The notes under the pieces: model-generated
Databases searched by the model: none
What the model was told of the DNA's origin: nothing
What the model saw: only the letters and a program-made list of their open reading frames with translations
Source of the DNA: Rhina ancylostomus
Taxonomy: Eukaryota
DNA: 63,645 nucleotides
Direction: 5' to 3'
Assembly: GCA_030265395.1 (NCBI GenBank)
Contig: JARFYF010000046.1
Span: 10,566,797 to 10,630,441 of the forward strand
Part shown: positions 1-11,924 of the stretch, piece after piece
Numbering within the stretch: position 1 is the stretch's first letter
Layout of the letters: every line of letters starts with the position of its first letter
Program-made: the position numbers and the translations under genes

Positions 1-98
1 AAAGTTCCAAGACAGAAAGTTCCTCCAGTTTGCCTGGCGGTGGAGGAGGCCGAGGACTAACATATCAGTGACGCAGTGGGAGGGGCAACAGGGAGATG

Positions 99-194
99 CA
101 GTCCAGAAGAAGGGCCTCGACCCAAAACATCGACTATTTCCCTCCAGAGATGCTGCCTGACCCGCTGAGTTGGGCCAGCATTTTGTGTGTTGCC
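99..194 (+). mobile_element. Penelope-like element terminal (pLTR) fragment with degenerate hammerhead motif
   Basis: AGTC-CAGAAGA-AGGGCCTCGACCC-AAAA-CATC-GACT followed by GATGCTGCCTGACCCGCTGAGTT...CCAGCATTTTGTGTGTTGC, the same tail as the RT-bearing copy at 2940-3740. Confidence 0.8.
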
Positions 195-279
195 TACTGT
201 CAACTGCTGCTCCAGATGTTGCTCATGTGTGCTTTGCAGAGAAGGCAGCAGAGAACACTTCCCCTCGCTCTCAACGTGC

Positions 280-1460
280 CAGTTAGTTTGTGAACGAAGC
301 TTCGCTGTCAGCCCTCTCTCCTGCGGAATTGAACACCCTCCGGTCCCCAGCAACTGTCCTTCGGACAGTCGCGGTGAACGAAGTGACTCATGCAGCACTG
401 CTCCTTCGCGCACACGGAGAGGGGCTCTTAACACGGCCGTCAGTCGGGACCGGATACTAGTTCACTGGATTATATTTTTCCGCGTAAACTAGGAGTCCCT
501 TGAAGTGCCGGAGAACAAGCCCCACCCTGTCTGCCTCTGTGTGAACCGCAGTCCCGCTTGGGGGCTATTACCCAGGTGTAACCCGAGGACGGGCTCTGTA
601 ATCAGTGATACCTGTAATTTCAACGACTGAGGCAGCTTCTGTCTCCGGGTATTGCACAGCTGGTACTTAAACTCACCCAGGGGAACGTCCTTGATAAATC
701 ATCCTCTATTCTTGAGAGAACACCCGGGAGCACGGCACCAGTGCTTTCATAAACACTGCGTGTCTGCAGGTGAAACCTGTCAAAGGCTGAAATACACTGG
801 GAGGCGGTGGTGTGATCGTGGGAACCAATGAAGCGACAGCTCCGAGTAAAGGCTGAACAACAGTCACACCCAGCCCACAACACAACAGAGGCTTGGCGTG
901 CCTGAAGCTTCTCGTGGCAAGTACCTTCAGCAGGTTACATTATACTGCCCTAACTTCAACATTTCGCAAACCCTCGTAAACTGCTGCCAATTGCATTTTA
1001 AGTATAATTCAGATGTTATTTCTATTGACACCCTATTTGCGCTGCCCGGCTTTGAACACGCTGGGGATAAAGAGTAGAGATAAACATGTGACTCGGAAGG
1101 AATGGGCGATGTCAGATGGGATTGTCGTTGCTCTTGCCATGTCGCGGCTCCCATTGACTTTGACTCCCCCCACTTCCTGCTGCGTTCGGCCGTTCCACCT
1201 CAAGTCTCGGCAGATGCACACATGCCTTGTGGTCAGCCTTCTGAAGAGCCCAGAAACTACAGCTGACTTGCAGGAATTCGTGACTTCAGTAAGCTCGAAA
1301 AAGATGCGCCTGTCATATGTACAGGTCACTGAAAGATCTGTAAGAGACGGAATAAAGACACTTCCTTTATCCCCTCGTGGTTGCAGGGATCATTCTGATA
1401 CATTGATTTCGACAATTTTACCGTGGTGATCCGGATCAAACAATGGACCGTATCGTCACA
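280..1460. promoter_or_regulatory. Relatively CpG-rich unique segment; possible promoter or first-exon region
   Basis: CpG is visibly denser at ~280-620 and ~1030-1460 than in the CpG-depleted flanks, and no repeat is recognised; possible minus-strand donors at 196-197 and 923-924. Confidence 0.3.
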
Positions 1461-2004
1461 CGCTGCCCTTGATATAAATCACAAGGAGGCTTCTTTGACA
1501 TAAACTCCCTCTGAAAAGGGCATTCGGTGACTTGCAGATTTCACGTTCAATTTGCAAATGCTGTTTCAGTCGTAAGCAAGAAGGAAAAGAGGAAATCCAT
1601 GCAATAATTTCAGTCCCTTTTGGGATGTTAAACCACTTAACGTGTTCTGCCTGGACTGTTTGAGAATCTCCTGCTGTATGTGACCCACACTGTTTGATAG
1701 TAGTGGACACTGTGATATTTCCATTCTTGCTTCTGCATTCCGTGTAGATTTACTCTTCATGTAAGCCAAGAGCACATACAAGGTAGCAATAGAATAATAC
1801 TTCACTTGCCTTATTTTTCCACTCTTGTCTCACCTGTAGTATTGATATCATTAAGTAACAATGATCTCTTCTCGTCCAAATTTTTTGTCTCACAGGCCAC
1901 TCTCATTAGTAGTCAATCACCGCTTGCCAACCTGTGACCCTGGATGGGCAACTTTTGGAAATACAACATTTCCTATGGTCATCTATAAACCCTTGCTGAA
2001 AGGA

Positions 2005-2180
2005 AGATCTCATACCTATCAAAACCTCAGGACATTCCAAATTACCTCTCAGGCAATTAATTACTTTCTTTGAAACATATTCACTGATAGAAGTGAATAA
2101 ACGTAGTTGCCAAATTGCTCAAAGCAATGTCTCAGAATTGTCAATGAGATAAAAGTCCAGATCATCTTTTTTAGTAGCTA
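2005..2180 (-). mobile_element. Degraded DeuSINE (SacSINE1-like) 3' fragment
   Basis: Weak similarity to the 3' half of the copy at 2335-2698. Confidence 0.45.
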
Positions 2181-2334
2181 ATTGCTATATTAAACTGCTT
2201 GTAAATAATATTTAAATTTTAACTCTATTGGAGAGATGTTCCATTAGAATTTGGCTTAAGCTAAGGACCAAAGAACATGTTTAAAACTAAAAAGGTTGAC
2301 CACATATCTGCAGTGCCTTTTGCATTTCTTCTAG

Positions 2335-2698
2335 GAGGTCCTAAAGGATTTAACAACCAACAAAATACCGTTGAAGTGTAGTCACTGTTATAATGTAGGA
2401 AGCCCAGCAGTAAATTTGCACACAACAAGCTCCCACAAGCAACAACGTGATAATGAGTAAGCAATCTGTTTCAGTAACATGATCATTGTCAGGACATTAG
2501 GGTTGCATCCCTGATATTCTTTAACACAGCACCATGGTTAAAATAAGATCTTCAGTTTAAGCAGTACTTCCAACAGTACAGACATTCTTCTGTACTGCTC
2601 CAGAGTGCCACCTTCAAGTTTTGTGCTCAAATCCCTCATGTGGAACAAACACACAGCCTTCTGACTCAGAAGCAGGAGTGCCGACAACTGTGCCACAA
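2335..2698 (-). mobile_element. tRNA-derived DeuSINE (SacSINE1-like)
   Basis: Minus strand has the tRNA-like head TGTGGCACAG...CTGAGTCAGAAGGCTGTG and the core TTGCTTGTGGGAGCTTGTTGTGTGCAAATT...ACATTATAACAGTGACTACACTTCAA. Confidence 0.75.
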
Positions 2699-2939
2699 TT
2701 GACATTCCCTAAATGGCAGTAGCTTTCTATCTTAATATATAGATATTTTAATATGTGAATACTTAGGTCATTCGAGGACATAAAAAACATCTCAGATGTA
2801 GCAAGGAACAAAAGTGTGTGTGGAACATAAATTAGTAGAGATAGAAGTATTAAGGAAGTTAATGGTTTTAAAAGGCAGCAAATTGTCTGGATCTGTCCGT
2901 CTTTATTGTAAGGGTCCTAGAAAAGGCGACTGAAGTGGA

Positions 2940-3740
2940 TAGAGAAACAAAGGACTGCAGATGCTGGAATCTAGATGAAAAACACGATGATGCTGGAGGA
3001 ACTCAGCAGGCCAGGCAGCATCCGTGGAGAAAAGCAGGCGGTCAATGTTTCGGGTCAGGACCCTTCTTCAGGACTGATGATAGGAAAAGGGGAAGCCCAA
3101 TGTATAGAAGAGAAGAGCAGAGCAGTGATAGGTGGACAAAAGAGGGGAGGTGAGGTGGGCATTTGGAGAGTGTGTGATGAGTCATGGGTTTAGATGGGAA
3201 GGGATTGGACCGGGGGGACAGGATAGTGTCCAGGTACGAGGATACGAGCTCCATGGGCTAAGAGCATGCGGAGACAATAGGTCTGCCGGGACAGTCCTTC
3301 TTGTGGATTTTGGGGAGGAGATAGAAGCAGGCTGTCTTAGTTTGCGGGACTATCATGTTGGTAGCTATGGGGGAGAAGATCCCCCGAGGTCATGAGCTCA
3401 GAGATGGTGCAGGAGATGATGTCCTGGTGGTCCTTGGTGGGGTCATAGTTCAGGGGTAGGTAGGAGGAAGTGTCTGAGAGTTGGCATCTGGCCTCTGCAA
3501 GGTAGAGGTCAGTATGCCAGACTACCATGGCACCACCTTTGTTGGCTGGTTTGATTAGAGAGTGTGTGTTGTGTCACGGACATAGGTGGGGAGGGATTAG
3601 ACTGGGGGAATGGGATAGTGTCCAGATACTTGGAGAGCGTGTGATGTGTCATGGACATAGGTGGGAAGGGATTGGACCAGGGGGACAGGATAGTGTGCAG
3701 GTACTGTAGGTGGCAAGGGATTGGACCAAGGGGACAGGCT
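2940..3740 (-). mobile_element. Penelope-like retroelement fragment: RT N-terminal region plus pLTR with hammerhead
   Basis: Frameshifted peptides VVWHTDLYLAEARCQLSDTSSYLPLNYDPTKDHQ, LLPKIHK..GRPIVS and ELVSSYLDTILSP are typical of Penelope RT; CTGAAGA...GAAA core at 3039-3076. Confidence 0.9.
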
Positions 3741-4345
3741 GAAGTGGATACATTGGTTGTGACTTTCCAAAATTCCCTGGAGTGTGGAAAAGTCCCAACA
3801 GGTAATAAAACAGCAAACGTAACACTGTTACGCAAGGAGAGAAAACAAGGAAGTACAAGCCAATTGGTCCAATATAAGTTGTTGCAAAAATGCTAGGGTC
3901 TATTGAAAAGGAAATATTGGCCAGCACTTTAAAAAAGCATAATGTGATTGGAAAGGCTAGGCTTGTGTTTGCTAGACTTTAGAAGAGTGAAACTCAACTT
4001 CAGTGAAACATATAAGATGCTGAGGGATCTTGATAGGGTGGATGTGGAGATGGCACTTCCGCTTATTGAAAGATCTAGAAGTAAGGATCACAGTTTTAAG
4101 ATAAGACCTTACCCATTTAATGGAGAGATGAGGCATTTTCCTTTCCTCCCAGAGTGTCATAAATCTTTGGAACTCTCTTCCTCACTGGGCAGTAGACACA
4201 GAGTCTTTGCATATTTTATAGACAGAAATAGTTAGATTCTTGTTAAGAAAATGGGTGGAAGGTTACCAGTGGCAGGTGGGAATGTGAAATTGAGGTTACA
4301 GTCAAATCAACTATGAAGTGGTGGAGCAGGCTGAGGGGCCAAGTG
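3741..4345 (+). mobile_element. CR1 LINE ORF2 fragments and 3' end
   Basis: VDTLVVTFQNSLECGKVP..KTANVT and ERLGL..L.FRRV..ETYKML..LDRVDVE are CR1 RT and C-terminal motifs. Confidence 0.85.
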
Positions 4346-4554
4346 GTCTTTCATTAATTCACATATTGTTTGTNNNNNNNNNNNNNNNNNNNNNNNNNNN
4401 NNNNNNNNNNNNNNNNNNNNNNNNNNNNNNNNNNNNNNNNNNNNNNNNNNNNNNNNNNNNNNNNNNNNNNNNNTTCATTAATTCACATATTGTTTGTGTA
4501 TGTTACTGCAAAGAGTCAAAATTATTTTGTTAAACTGAAATCATGCTTAACAAA

Positions 4555-5020
4555 GTTGTTAAAGTTTTTTTGAGAAGGCATCCAGCATAGGGGAATCAGT
4601 GAAGGTGATTTATGTGGATTTTTAAAAGGTATTTGATGAGGTATTTCTCAACTTAAGAGCTCATTGGGTCAGGTAATGCACAGACAGAGGATTGGTTTGT
4701 GAACAGAAAACAGGGTGTGAATGAATTGGTCACTTTCATGTTGGCAAGTGATTGCTAGTGGAATGCCACAGAGGTCAATGCCTCAGCTATTTGCAATTAC
4801 TTTAATAATTTAGCTGGAGGAACCAACCGTAGTGTATCCAGGTGTGTTGACAACACAAAGCCAGGTGGGAAAGTAGGCTGTGATGAAGCCACAGGGAACA
4901 CTAAAGGACTATAGACAAGTGAGTGGGTAAGAAGATGGCATAAAGAATAAAATGTGGACAAGTATGATGTTGTCAGTAAGCGAAGTAGAAAGGTGGCAAT
5001 ATTTTTTAAATGGAGCAAAA
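4555..5020 (+). mobile_element. Degraded CR1 RT fragment
   Basis: Remnants of the YxDFxKAFD, NRKQRV, SGVPQGS and FADDTK regions. Confidence 0.75.
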
Positions 5021-5022
5021 CT

Positions 5023-5120
5023 CAAGTCGTCAAGTCAAGTTTATTGTCATACGCACAAGCACAGTGAGGCCCAGGTGCAATGAAACACTTGCATGCAGCA
5101 GCATCACAGGCACATAGGTG
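5023..5120 (-). mobile_element. Rex1/Babar-like LINE 3' tail
   Basis: Minus strand ends ATGACAATAAACTTGACTTGA with a short repeated tail. Confidence 0.55.
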
Positions 5121-5125
5121 TTACA

Positions 5126-5345
5126 GAAGAACATAAGAAATAGAAACAAGAGTCGGTCAATTGGCTCCTTGTGTCTTCTCTATCATTCAATAAGACCATA
5201 GCTGACTTTTTACCTCAATAACACTTCCCTTCACTAATCCCATATTCCTCGATTAACTTGACATTTAAAAAATTATCAGTCTCTGTCCTGGATTTACTTA
5301 GCAGCTAGATTTCAATGGTTCTTTTGGGTAGAGAATGACTGAGAT
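5126..5345 (-). mobile_element. CR1 3' end
   Basis: AGAACATAAGAAATAG...CATTCAATAAGACCATAGCTGA, reverse complement of a CR1 3' UTR. Confidence 0.6.
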
Positions 5346-5427
5346 TTTTGACCCAGTGGCAATGTAGAAATGATTGATTACATGTTTAAATTCAGAATGG
5401 TGCTTAATGCAGTTAACTGTTCAAGAG

Positions 5428-5640
5428 GAAAACAGCAAAGGATGGAAAAATTCTGCAGGTCAGGCATCTGTGGAAAGAAAAACTGAGTTAACATTTCAGG
5501 TCAAAGGGTTTTCATCGGAACTGGGGAAAAAAAGGAAAACAAATTAGTTGTGAGTTGCAGAAAATGTTGGGAGTGGAATGGATAGAACAAAGGGAATATC
5601 TCTGACTGGGTGAGGCCAGGGTTGCCATGGGGATAAGTTG
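5428..5640 (-). mobile_element. Penelope pLTR fragment with degenerate hammerhead
   Basis: Minus strand 5486-5523 reads AGTT-CCGATGA-...GACCT-GAAA-TGTT-AACT. Confidence 0.65.
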
Positions 5641-8298
5641 TAGAGGTCATCCACAGGATGAATTAATGGGAGGCAGATAGAGAGAGAAAATGAACAACAG
5701 CTTTGAGGTGAGGGCAGTTAGAAAGTAGGGATACAAACAAAGAAATGTAAAAAGGTACAAATACAAGGCTAAAGGACATACCCATTTTTATTAACTGTCT
5801 GATAGATTGCGTGACTCTCTGTAGTGCAACTAGACAGAGTGGATTTTGTACCAAGCAAAATTTAAGAAGTAAGTCAGATCTATTAAATTACCAGGAGACT
5901 GAAAAAAAGAATCACTTCAGTTAATAAAAGATGGGCTGGCCTTTTATAGTTCTAGCCACGTTGAATGCATGTGGGTTCAATTTACACTAAACCCAGTCTG
6001 AACTGACCAGCAAAGGCAAGACTCCACTCAGGAAGGTATTTCTAAAAATATTTCAATGATTTGAAATGCAATGAAATACCCTCTGGAAAATTAAGTTATA
6101 TCATTGTACTTCATTAAGGAAGTGCAGCAAGCTAAATGAGTGAGAAATTAACCTTTTGAATTTGAAGTTCAACATGTTTGTTTATCTCCATAAATTTAAA
6201 TTATATTCTCAGTTGTTACTGATTGCCTTTGTCGCAGACCAATTTGAAAACAACAAAATTATAATGAGCAACTGAAATTCTGAATGGAGTCTTGCATTGT
6301 TCAAAGTGAAGAAATTCCTGATAGACCAACAAAGAAAGAAATAGGTTCAATGTTTAGGTTGCTATGCGACTAAAGTTTTATACCTGAAGCAGAAAGGAAC
6401 AGTGTGGTGTGTTTTCAAGTAAATGAGCATGAGAATTAAAAGGGAAAGATTGCCATCACATCACATAGTTTGCCTCTAGATAAAATTTCTGGACAGTTGC
6501 GGAATTTACGCAAAGGGTAAAGACATGTGGAATAAATTACAGTGAAGGTCATTGAAGCAGATTATCTGAATGGGTTCAGGAGGCCATGTTGTGAAGACTC
6601 ACGATCGCAAATCCTGCAATTTTATTAAAAACAATTTAAGGTTCTCTTGAGACAGGCTCAGTTTTTAACTCCTTGCATGGGATTGCAAGCACTTACACTG
6701 ATGGGATTTGCAAATATTTGGAGCAGTGTTGGCATTCATCTGGGGAGGGAAAGGATTGGGCTGTGTTGTGAGGGTGTCGAATTCAATCCTTTGACAGTGT
6801 GTAGCAAGTGTGCTGATCATTGTAGTTCATGTCGTGACAGGGAGTCAAAGCCTGTGTTCTGTGGGTTTTTACATTTGTTTCCTAAAAGCAGGAATGGTCA
6901 CAATTCTTCTTACATAAGCTCAAACACTGAACAATTGGCTTTTCTCACTAATGCTTCAGATTGTTAAATAGCTATGTTCATCCATTAGTTATTGTATAGA
7001 AAGGGCGATAATCAATGTCTTTCCAGTTTTAATCCTCCCACTGTCTACCTAATTTAGGCACACTCTTTGGGACCTCTGGATACCAGATCTTGCATCCAAT
7101 AAATAACCTCTTGCCAAAAAAAGACACCTTTTCCCTGACTCCGCAACATTATTTACCTGTATCTATGGATCTCCCTGCATGTACGTATCTATCTGATGTG
7201 TATCAACAGGTACAACATGGATTTTACATCATATATGTGAACCCTCTTGAGGCGGTTTCCTTCCTATTCTCTTCAGGCATCCACTCACGTTGTGAAGGTT
7301 TCAGTTTCGGACTGGGATATAGTATCTGAGGCACCTGCCATGCTAAAGTTCTTTTCTCTAGAAGCCACTCTAAGTAAGATGCTTTCAGTGGATTATTGTG
7401 GTTTCAGACAGCTTCACAATGGTGGGGGGGGGGGGGTCACATCCATTCTCAACCAAGTGACACCAGAATTTCCAACATCTACTTCGCCTTCACTCTCTCC
7501 CCACCCCACCTCACCTTGCCCCATCCTCCAAGTAAGTAGCCCTGATGTCAGCCCTGAAAATCTACTTCAGTTCCTGATTTATTTGGACAAGTTACTCATT
7601 GACCTTACCACTAAAGCCACAAGGGAATGGAAGTGCTTATTTTTAAAATGTTGTTTTCCCTTAATGTCAGCTATGGCAGATGCAACCAAGAACTGGTGAG
7701 CATGATATTCCAGGCACAGACCCTGGCTTTACTGTTTGGTGCCATAGACCATTAACTTACCAATCCTTACTGAGGTTTACCCATACATCAGTCCAAAAAG
7801 ATGGCCAGACTTTTCATGGTTTGATTGAGATCGGTTGAGCTTTATTTTTAAAAAAGGGTTGGTTTGTATTTACTTCCCAACTCTTCCTGCTTTGTACCCA
7901 GCTCTACACCTTGGCAAAGAAAGTGGACCGCTCATCTACTCCCTGGTCCATGCCATTAGATGCCCACCATTGGGTGCCCAACATAGAGTGGATTCAAAGA
8001 TGGTTATTGGAGAGAAACAGTCCACTTGGCCTATTAAGTCTGATGCAGTGATCATCTGTATGATTCATTTAAACTAATCCCACTTTCCTATTGATTCTTC
8101 AGACCAATTAATAATCCTCTTTTGCAAGCTTCCCCTTTCAGAATAATTTTGGTTTCTGCAATCTCCTAAAACTGTTTGCTTATGTTGTCAAGATTTGCCA
8201 ATAATGGGTAGAACCAGGAAATAGCTGGGCATGGAATCACTGAAGCAAACCCACGTTCTTCCACTTGATGGCATAGATCATCATCAATCCATTTCCCT

Positions 8299-8398
8299 GA
8301 CTGTCCATTTCCCTCCACAGATGCTGCCTGACCTACTGATTTCCTCCAGTACTTTTTATATTGCTCCAGATTCCAGCATCGGCAGTCTCTTGTGACAC
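8299..8398 (+). mobile_element. Short Penelope-tail insertion with 8-bp target-site duplication
   Basis: GACTGTCCATTTCCCTCCACAGATGCTGCCTGACC...CCAGATTCCAGCATC, flanked by CAATCCAT at 8285-8292 and 8399-8406. Confidence 0.8.
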
Positions 8399-9569
8399 CA
8401 ATCCATGCCTAGTTTGACCAGCTGAGATCCTCAGCCATATTTTCTTTTGTTGAACTTCACTGTCAGGGAATTGATTAAACGGATCCAAAAATTGCCTTTT
8501 ATTTCATAAGGACACCCTACTGAAAAATGATAACTCAAGGTTCATTGTACAAAGTACTACAGAAGAACAAAAAGATTAAAAGACAAAATAGGATAAATCT
8601 AATCGTAATTGAACATTGGTAACTTTTAGCTTCAAAAGGTACATCATAATTTCCTGTAGATTGATTTTGAGGAACTCGTGTAACATCTTCACCATTTTCC
8701 AATTGAGGAACAAAGTTGAAGGTAGTTCAAAATGCAGGACAAAAAAATAAATAAGGATTATATGAATTAGGGAGAGAAGTGGTTAACTGAATCCTAGGCT
8801 TAGATTTTAAAAGCCAGTAGACTTCAAGAAGGGAAGGCTGGTGCAGGTGATGATTCTCAATATTTTGAGATTGTTGAGAAGAAATAGTTGTCAGAAGAGA
8901 ATACGTAAGGACTCTTGACATAAAGTTGAGGATGAACATAGGTGGAACAGAGAAGAGGAAGGAAAATTGGACCCGTATCTGGGAAGTTGGGAGTGAAGAT
9001 GGGGGAAAGGAGAAGGTTTCTGGCAACTTTCCCAGGACGACAGTGTGTGTCAGGATGAAAGAAGTGAAATTAAGCATTCCTATATGTTCACAAACAGCCA
9101 AATGATTTCTGTGGAACTTGCCTGAAGATACTGCTCCCAGATAATTATCAAGAAACAAAATTAGTAAACAATTGAAAGCTTACGGCCATATTCACTGAAT
9201 CCCTAACAGAGTTGAGAAAACATTCCTTTTATTAACTGGTTTAGATTTGCCAATAGCTCTAATAAGCAATAAACACACAGCATTTTATTGGGCAACATTT
9301 ACAAAGCAGCACACCCAAGGTACCGAATCTCCATTTTCCAGTTTTAAAGCATTTCATATGTTCTGTACCTTTGGGCTTACTGTAACTAGTCATGAATAAG
9401 AAAGCTAACACATTTCTCAAGCTTTTTTGAACACAGATGAACCCAACTATTACTTCAAAACAAATGAATTGAAATATTGTTATGAATTTTAATAACTGAA
9501 AGATTCCAGATGAATTTATTTGACTGATCTTTAAAGATCTTGCACCCTCAGCATGTTCCAAATTCCCTT

Positions 9570-9880
9570 ATGTTCTGGATTATTTTTGAAGTGTGTGCAT
9601 TGCTGCCTTGCAAGAAAATGAGATGAATATCCAGCTAATTTATTTTTGGTGGTGTTGATTGAGGCATGGACCAGGAAGAATTCCCTTCTCTTTTTTGGAC
9701 AGCATCACGGGATATCTTTTGCCTCACTCTGCAGGCAATTAGGTTTGGTGTGAGAGTTTGCACGTTCAACAGTGCGGAAGTCGCCCCAGCAATTACACAG
9801 GACTGGGTTCAGGTTGCACGACTGGGTTCAGGTTCTGAAGTGGACATAAACCCACGACATTCTGACTCGGGTGAGAGTTA
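9570..9880 (-). mobile_element. Degraded DeuSINE
   Basis: Head remnant TTCTGACTCGGGTGAGAG and core remnants similar to 2335-2698. Confidence 0.6.
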
Positions 9881-10069
9881 ACAATTGCAGAAGGCAAACA
9901 TTGACCAAAATCAAAGTAATTTATCTGAGTTAGTACCTTTATTATAACAGTAAGGAGTGGAATGTCATACCAAGGGGTTCATGGTTAGATTGCTAATCTC
10001 CAATCATACAAATTTGAGCTGGAAATGGTTATTTTCCCCATATGTCCGTTTGTGAAGTGTGATCCCAGA

Positions 10070-10330
10070 TACAGGCCTTCCCTGCATAACAAATGAGTTC
10101 CACTTATAGACAAAATCAACTTATGGATGTCTGTATAAGTTAGAAAATACATGAAAATCATTCAGTACGGTAACTGCATCTCCACAGTGTTGTAATGAAT
10201 GGCATCAAAAACACTTAGGACTGATAAGAAAGAATAATTATTAAAAGTGGAGAGAGTGAATAAACTAATTCTGCTGTGTGTAGGAATAAACGTACATAGA
10301 TTGTACTTTTGAATTTAATAATATGACGGG
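10070..10330. mobile_element. Possible Tc1/mariner (Tigger-like) MITE remnant
   Basis: Starts TA-CAGG...ACTTATGGATGTCTGTATAAGTT, resembling Tigger-type termini; heavily decayed. Confidence 0.35.
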
Positions 10331-10333
10331 AGC

Positions 10334-10421
10334 TCAAGTGCAAGTGTCATGCATTCATGTTCAGATAGCCTAGACATGAATGTAGGCTATCTGAACATGA
10401 ATGAATGACACCTGCATTTGA
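10334..10421. repeat. Near-perfect inverted repeat: 39-bp arms, 10-nt loop
   Basis: TCAAGTGCAAGTGTCATGCATTCATGTTCAGATAGCCTA versus TAGGCTATCTGAACATGAATGAATGACACCTGCATTTGA; 3 differences. Confidence 0.95.
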
Positions 10422-10644
10422 TGATATCTTTAACCAGTGTATCAGGTGCACATTAATCTATTCCTTTTGCTGCCCCACCCACCCATACATCACTAGCTCA
10501 TGGGCTGCAGAGGCAGGATATCCCCAGGTTGCTTTCCTGGGTGAGAGTGATTAACCAGGAATCTGGTGGGACCAGGAACCAGGACTCTTAGACCAGGAAT
10601 CTAACCATAACCTCCAACATATTCACAACATATAATAAGTGAGA

Positions 10645-11225
10645 TAAAAATAGAAAATGCTGGAAACACTCAGCAAATCAGGCAGTATCTGTGGAAATAG
10701 AAATATTTCAGGTCCAGGACTATTCATCAGAACCGGGATGTACCAACGTATAGAACAGCACATGTGACAATAATAAACCAATACCAATATCAATACCAAC
10801 AGCAAGAGAGAAAACAAGTTAGTTTTCAGTAGCAGTGTAGAACAAAAGAAATAACCCTGTTAGGGTGAGACCAAGTGGGTTAATAGGGCCAGCTCCCAGC
10901 TCATTAAGTTTCTTTGTAACGGCAAAGTTGTGGGACATGCCCAGCAGACCAGAGCATATGGATAGAAGAAAAACTGAGGCAAAATGATACGTGACAGAAA
11001 TGGCCAGTTCTGATACAGACAGACAGAAAGAGTGAGCTGACCAAAGTTGGAGAATTTGACAGTGAGCCTGGAAAGCTGCAACATGCCCAGACGGAACTTG
11101 CACTGAGCTTACGCTGAGCCTCGGTGTAACAGTGCAGGAGACCACAGGCAGAAAGGACAGAATGGGAGGGGGAGAGTGAATTCAAGTGGCTGATAACCAG
11201 AAACTCAGGGCCACTACTGCAGACT
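10645..11225 (-). mobile_element. Penelope 3' region (GIY-YIG C-terminus plus pLTR hammerhead), interrupted by a Rex1-like tail at ~10740-10798
   Basis: PEFLVISHLNSLSPSHSVLSACGLLHCYTEAQRKL resembles the Penelope endonuclease C-terminus; CTGATGA...GAAA on the minus strand at 10701-10735. Confidence 0.8.
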
Positions 11226-11924
11226 GAACAACATGCTAGTGGGGTGGTCGGGGTTGGGGGGGCGGGGTTTGAAAGCTGTGGTTGATGCTTGGCGGTGGGG
11301 TGGGTGATGATCGGGCTAGTGCTGTGGTCAGGTATTGGGGCTGAAGGACGAGGATGTGATGCAGGCAAAGGGTCAGCTCAGGTTTGGAGGCAGCAGTGAA
11401 ATGAATGGGAGGTTGGAGTTTATGGCCTCTGTTGGGGGCCTCTCGGGGTTGCCAGGTCAGGTGGCAGGGGGGATCAGAGGGCCAGGAGGCAGAAGCTTCA
11501 AATCAACAGCTTAGGATGGGTGCGGATCAACATCAGGAGATGGTGGGAAAGTTAGTGTAGTATTGAAATGGACAGAAGTATGAAGAGTAAGAAACTTTGG
11601 GGCCTAATCCAGTCTAGTTTTGAGAAGCCAGGTTGACCTCAGGAGCAATCAATGACTCCAGAACAATGCAGTCTAAGCTTCCCCATAATGCTTCAAAAGA
11701 AGCCTTGCATGGGGAATGACATCATCCTGTGCATGCCTGACGCAGCAGGTTTGCAAACATAATGCCTGGAAGTGCAGGCTCGGACTTTCAGAGCCTGTAG
11801 AATGATCTAGGAATGTCTACCTTCACATTTTGTTCTAAGAAAACCCACAGTTTTCAATTGTATAATATTGAAAAACAAAGCAAATTGTAATTGAGTTTTC
11901 AAGCCTGAAACTTTTCCCCTCAAA

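Noticed and set aside
4350-4497. Direct repeats flanking 100-N gaps (also at 39475-39640, 50620-50780 and 55788-55945)
   Set aside because: Identical or single-SNP overlaps on both sides of fixed-size gaps indicate unmerged contig ends (assembly artefact), not biological duplications or TSDs
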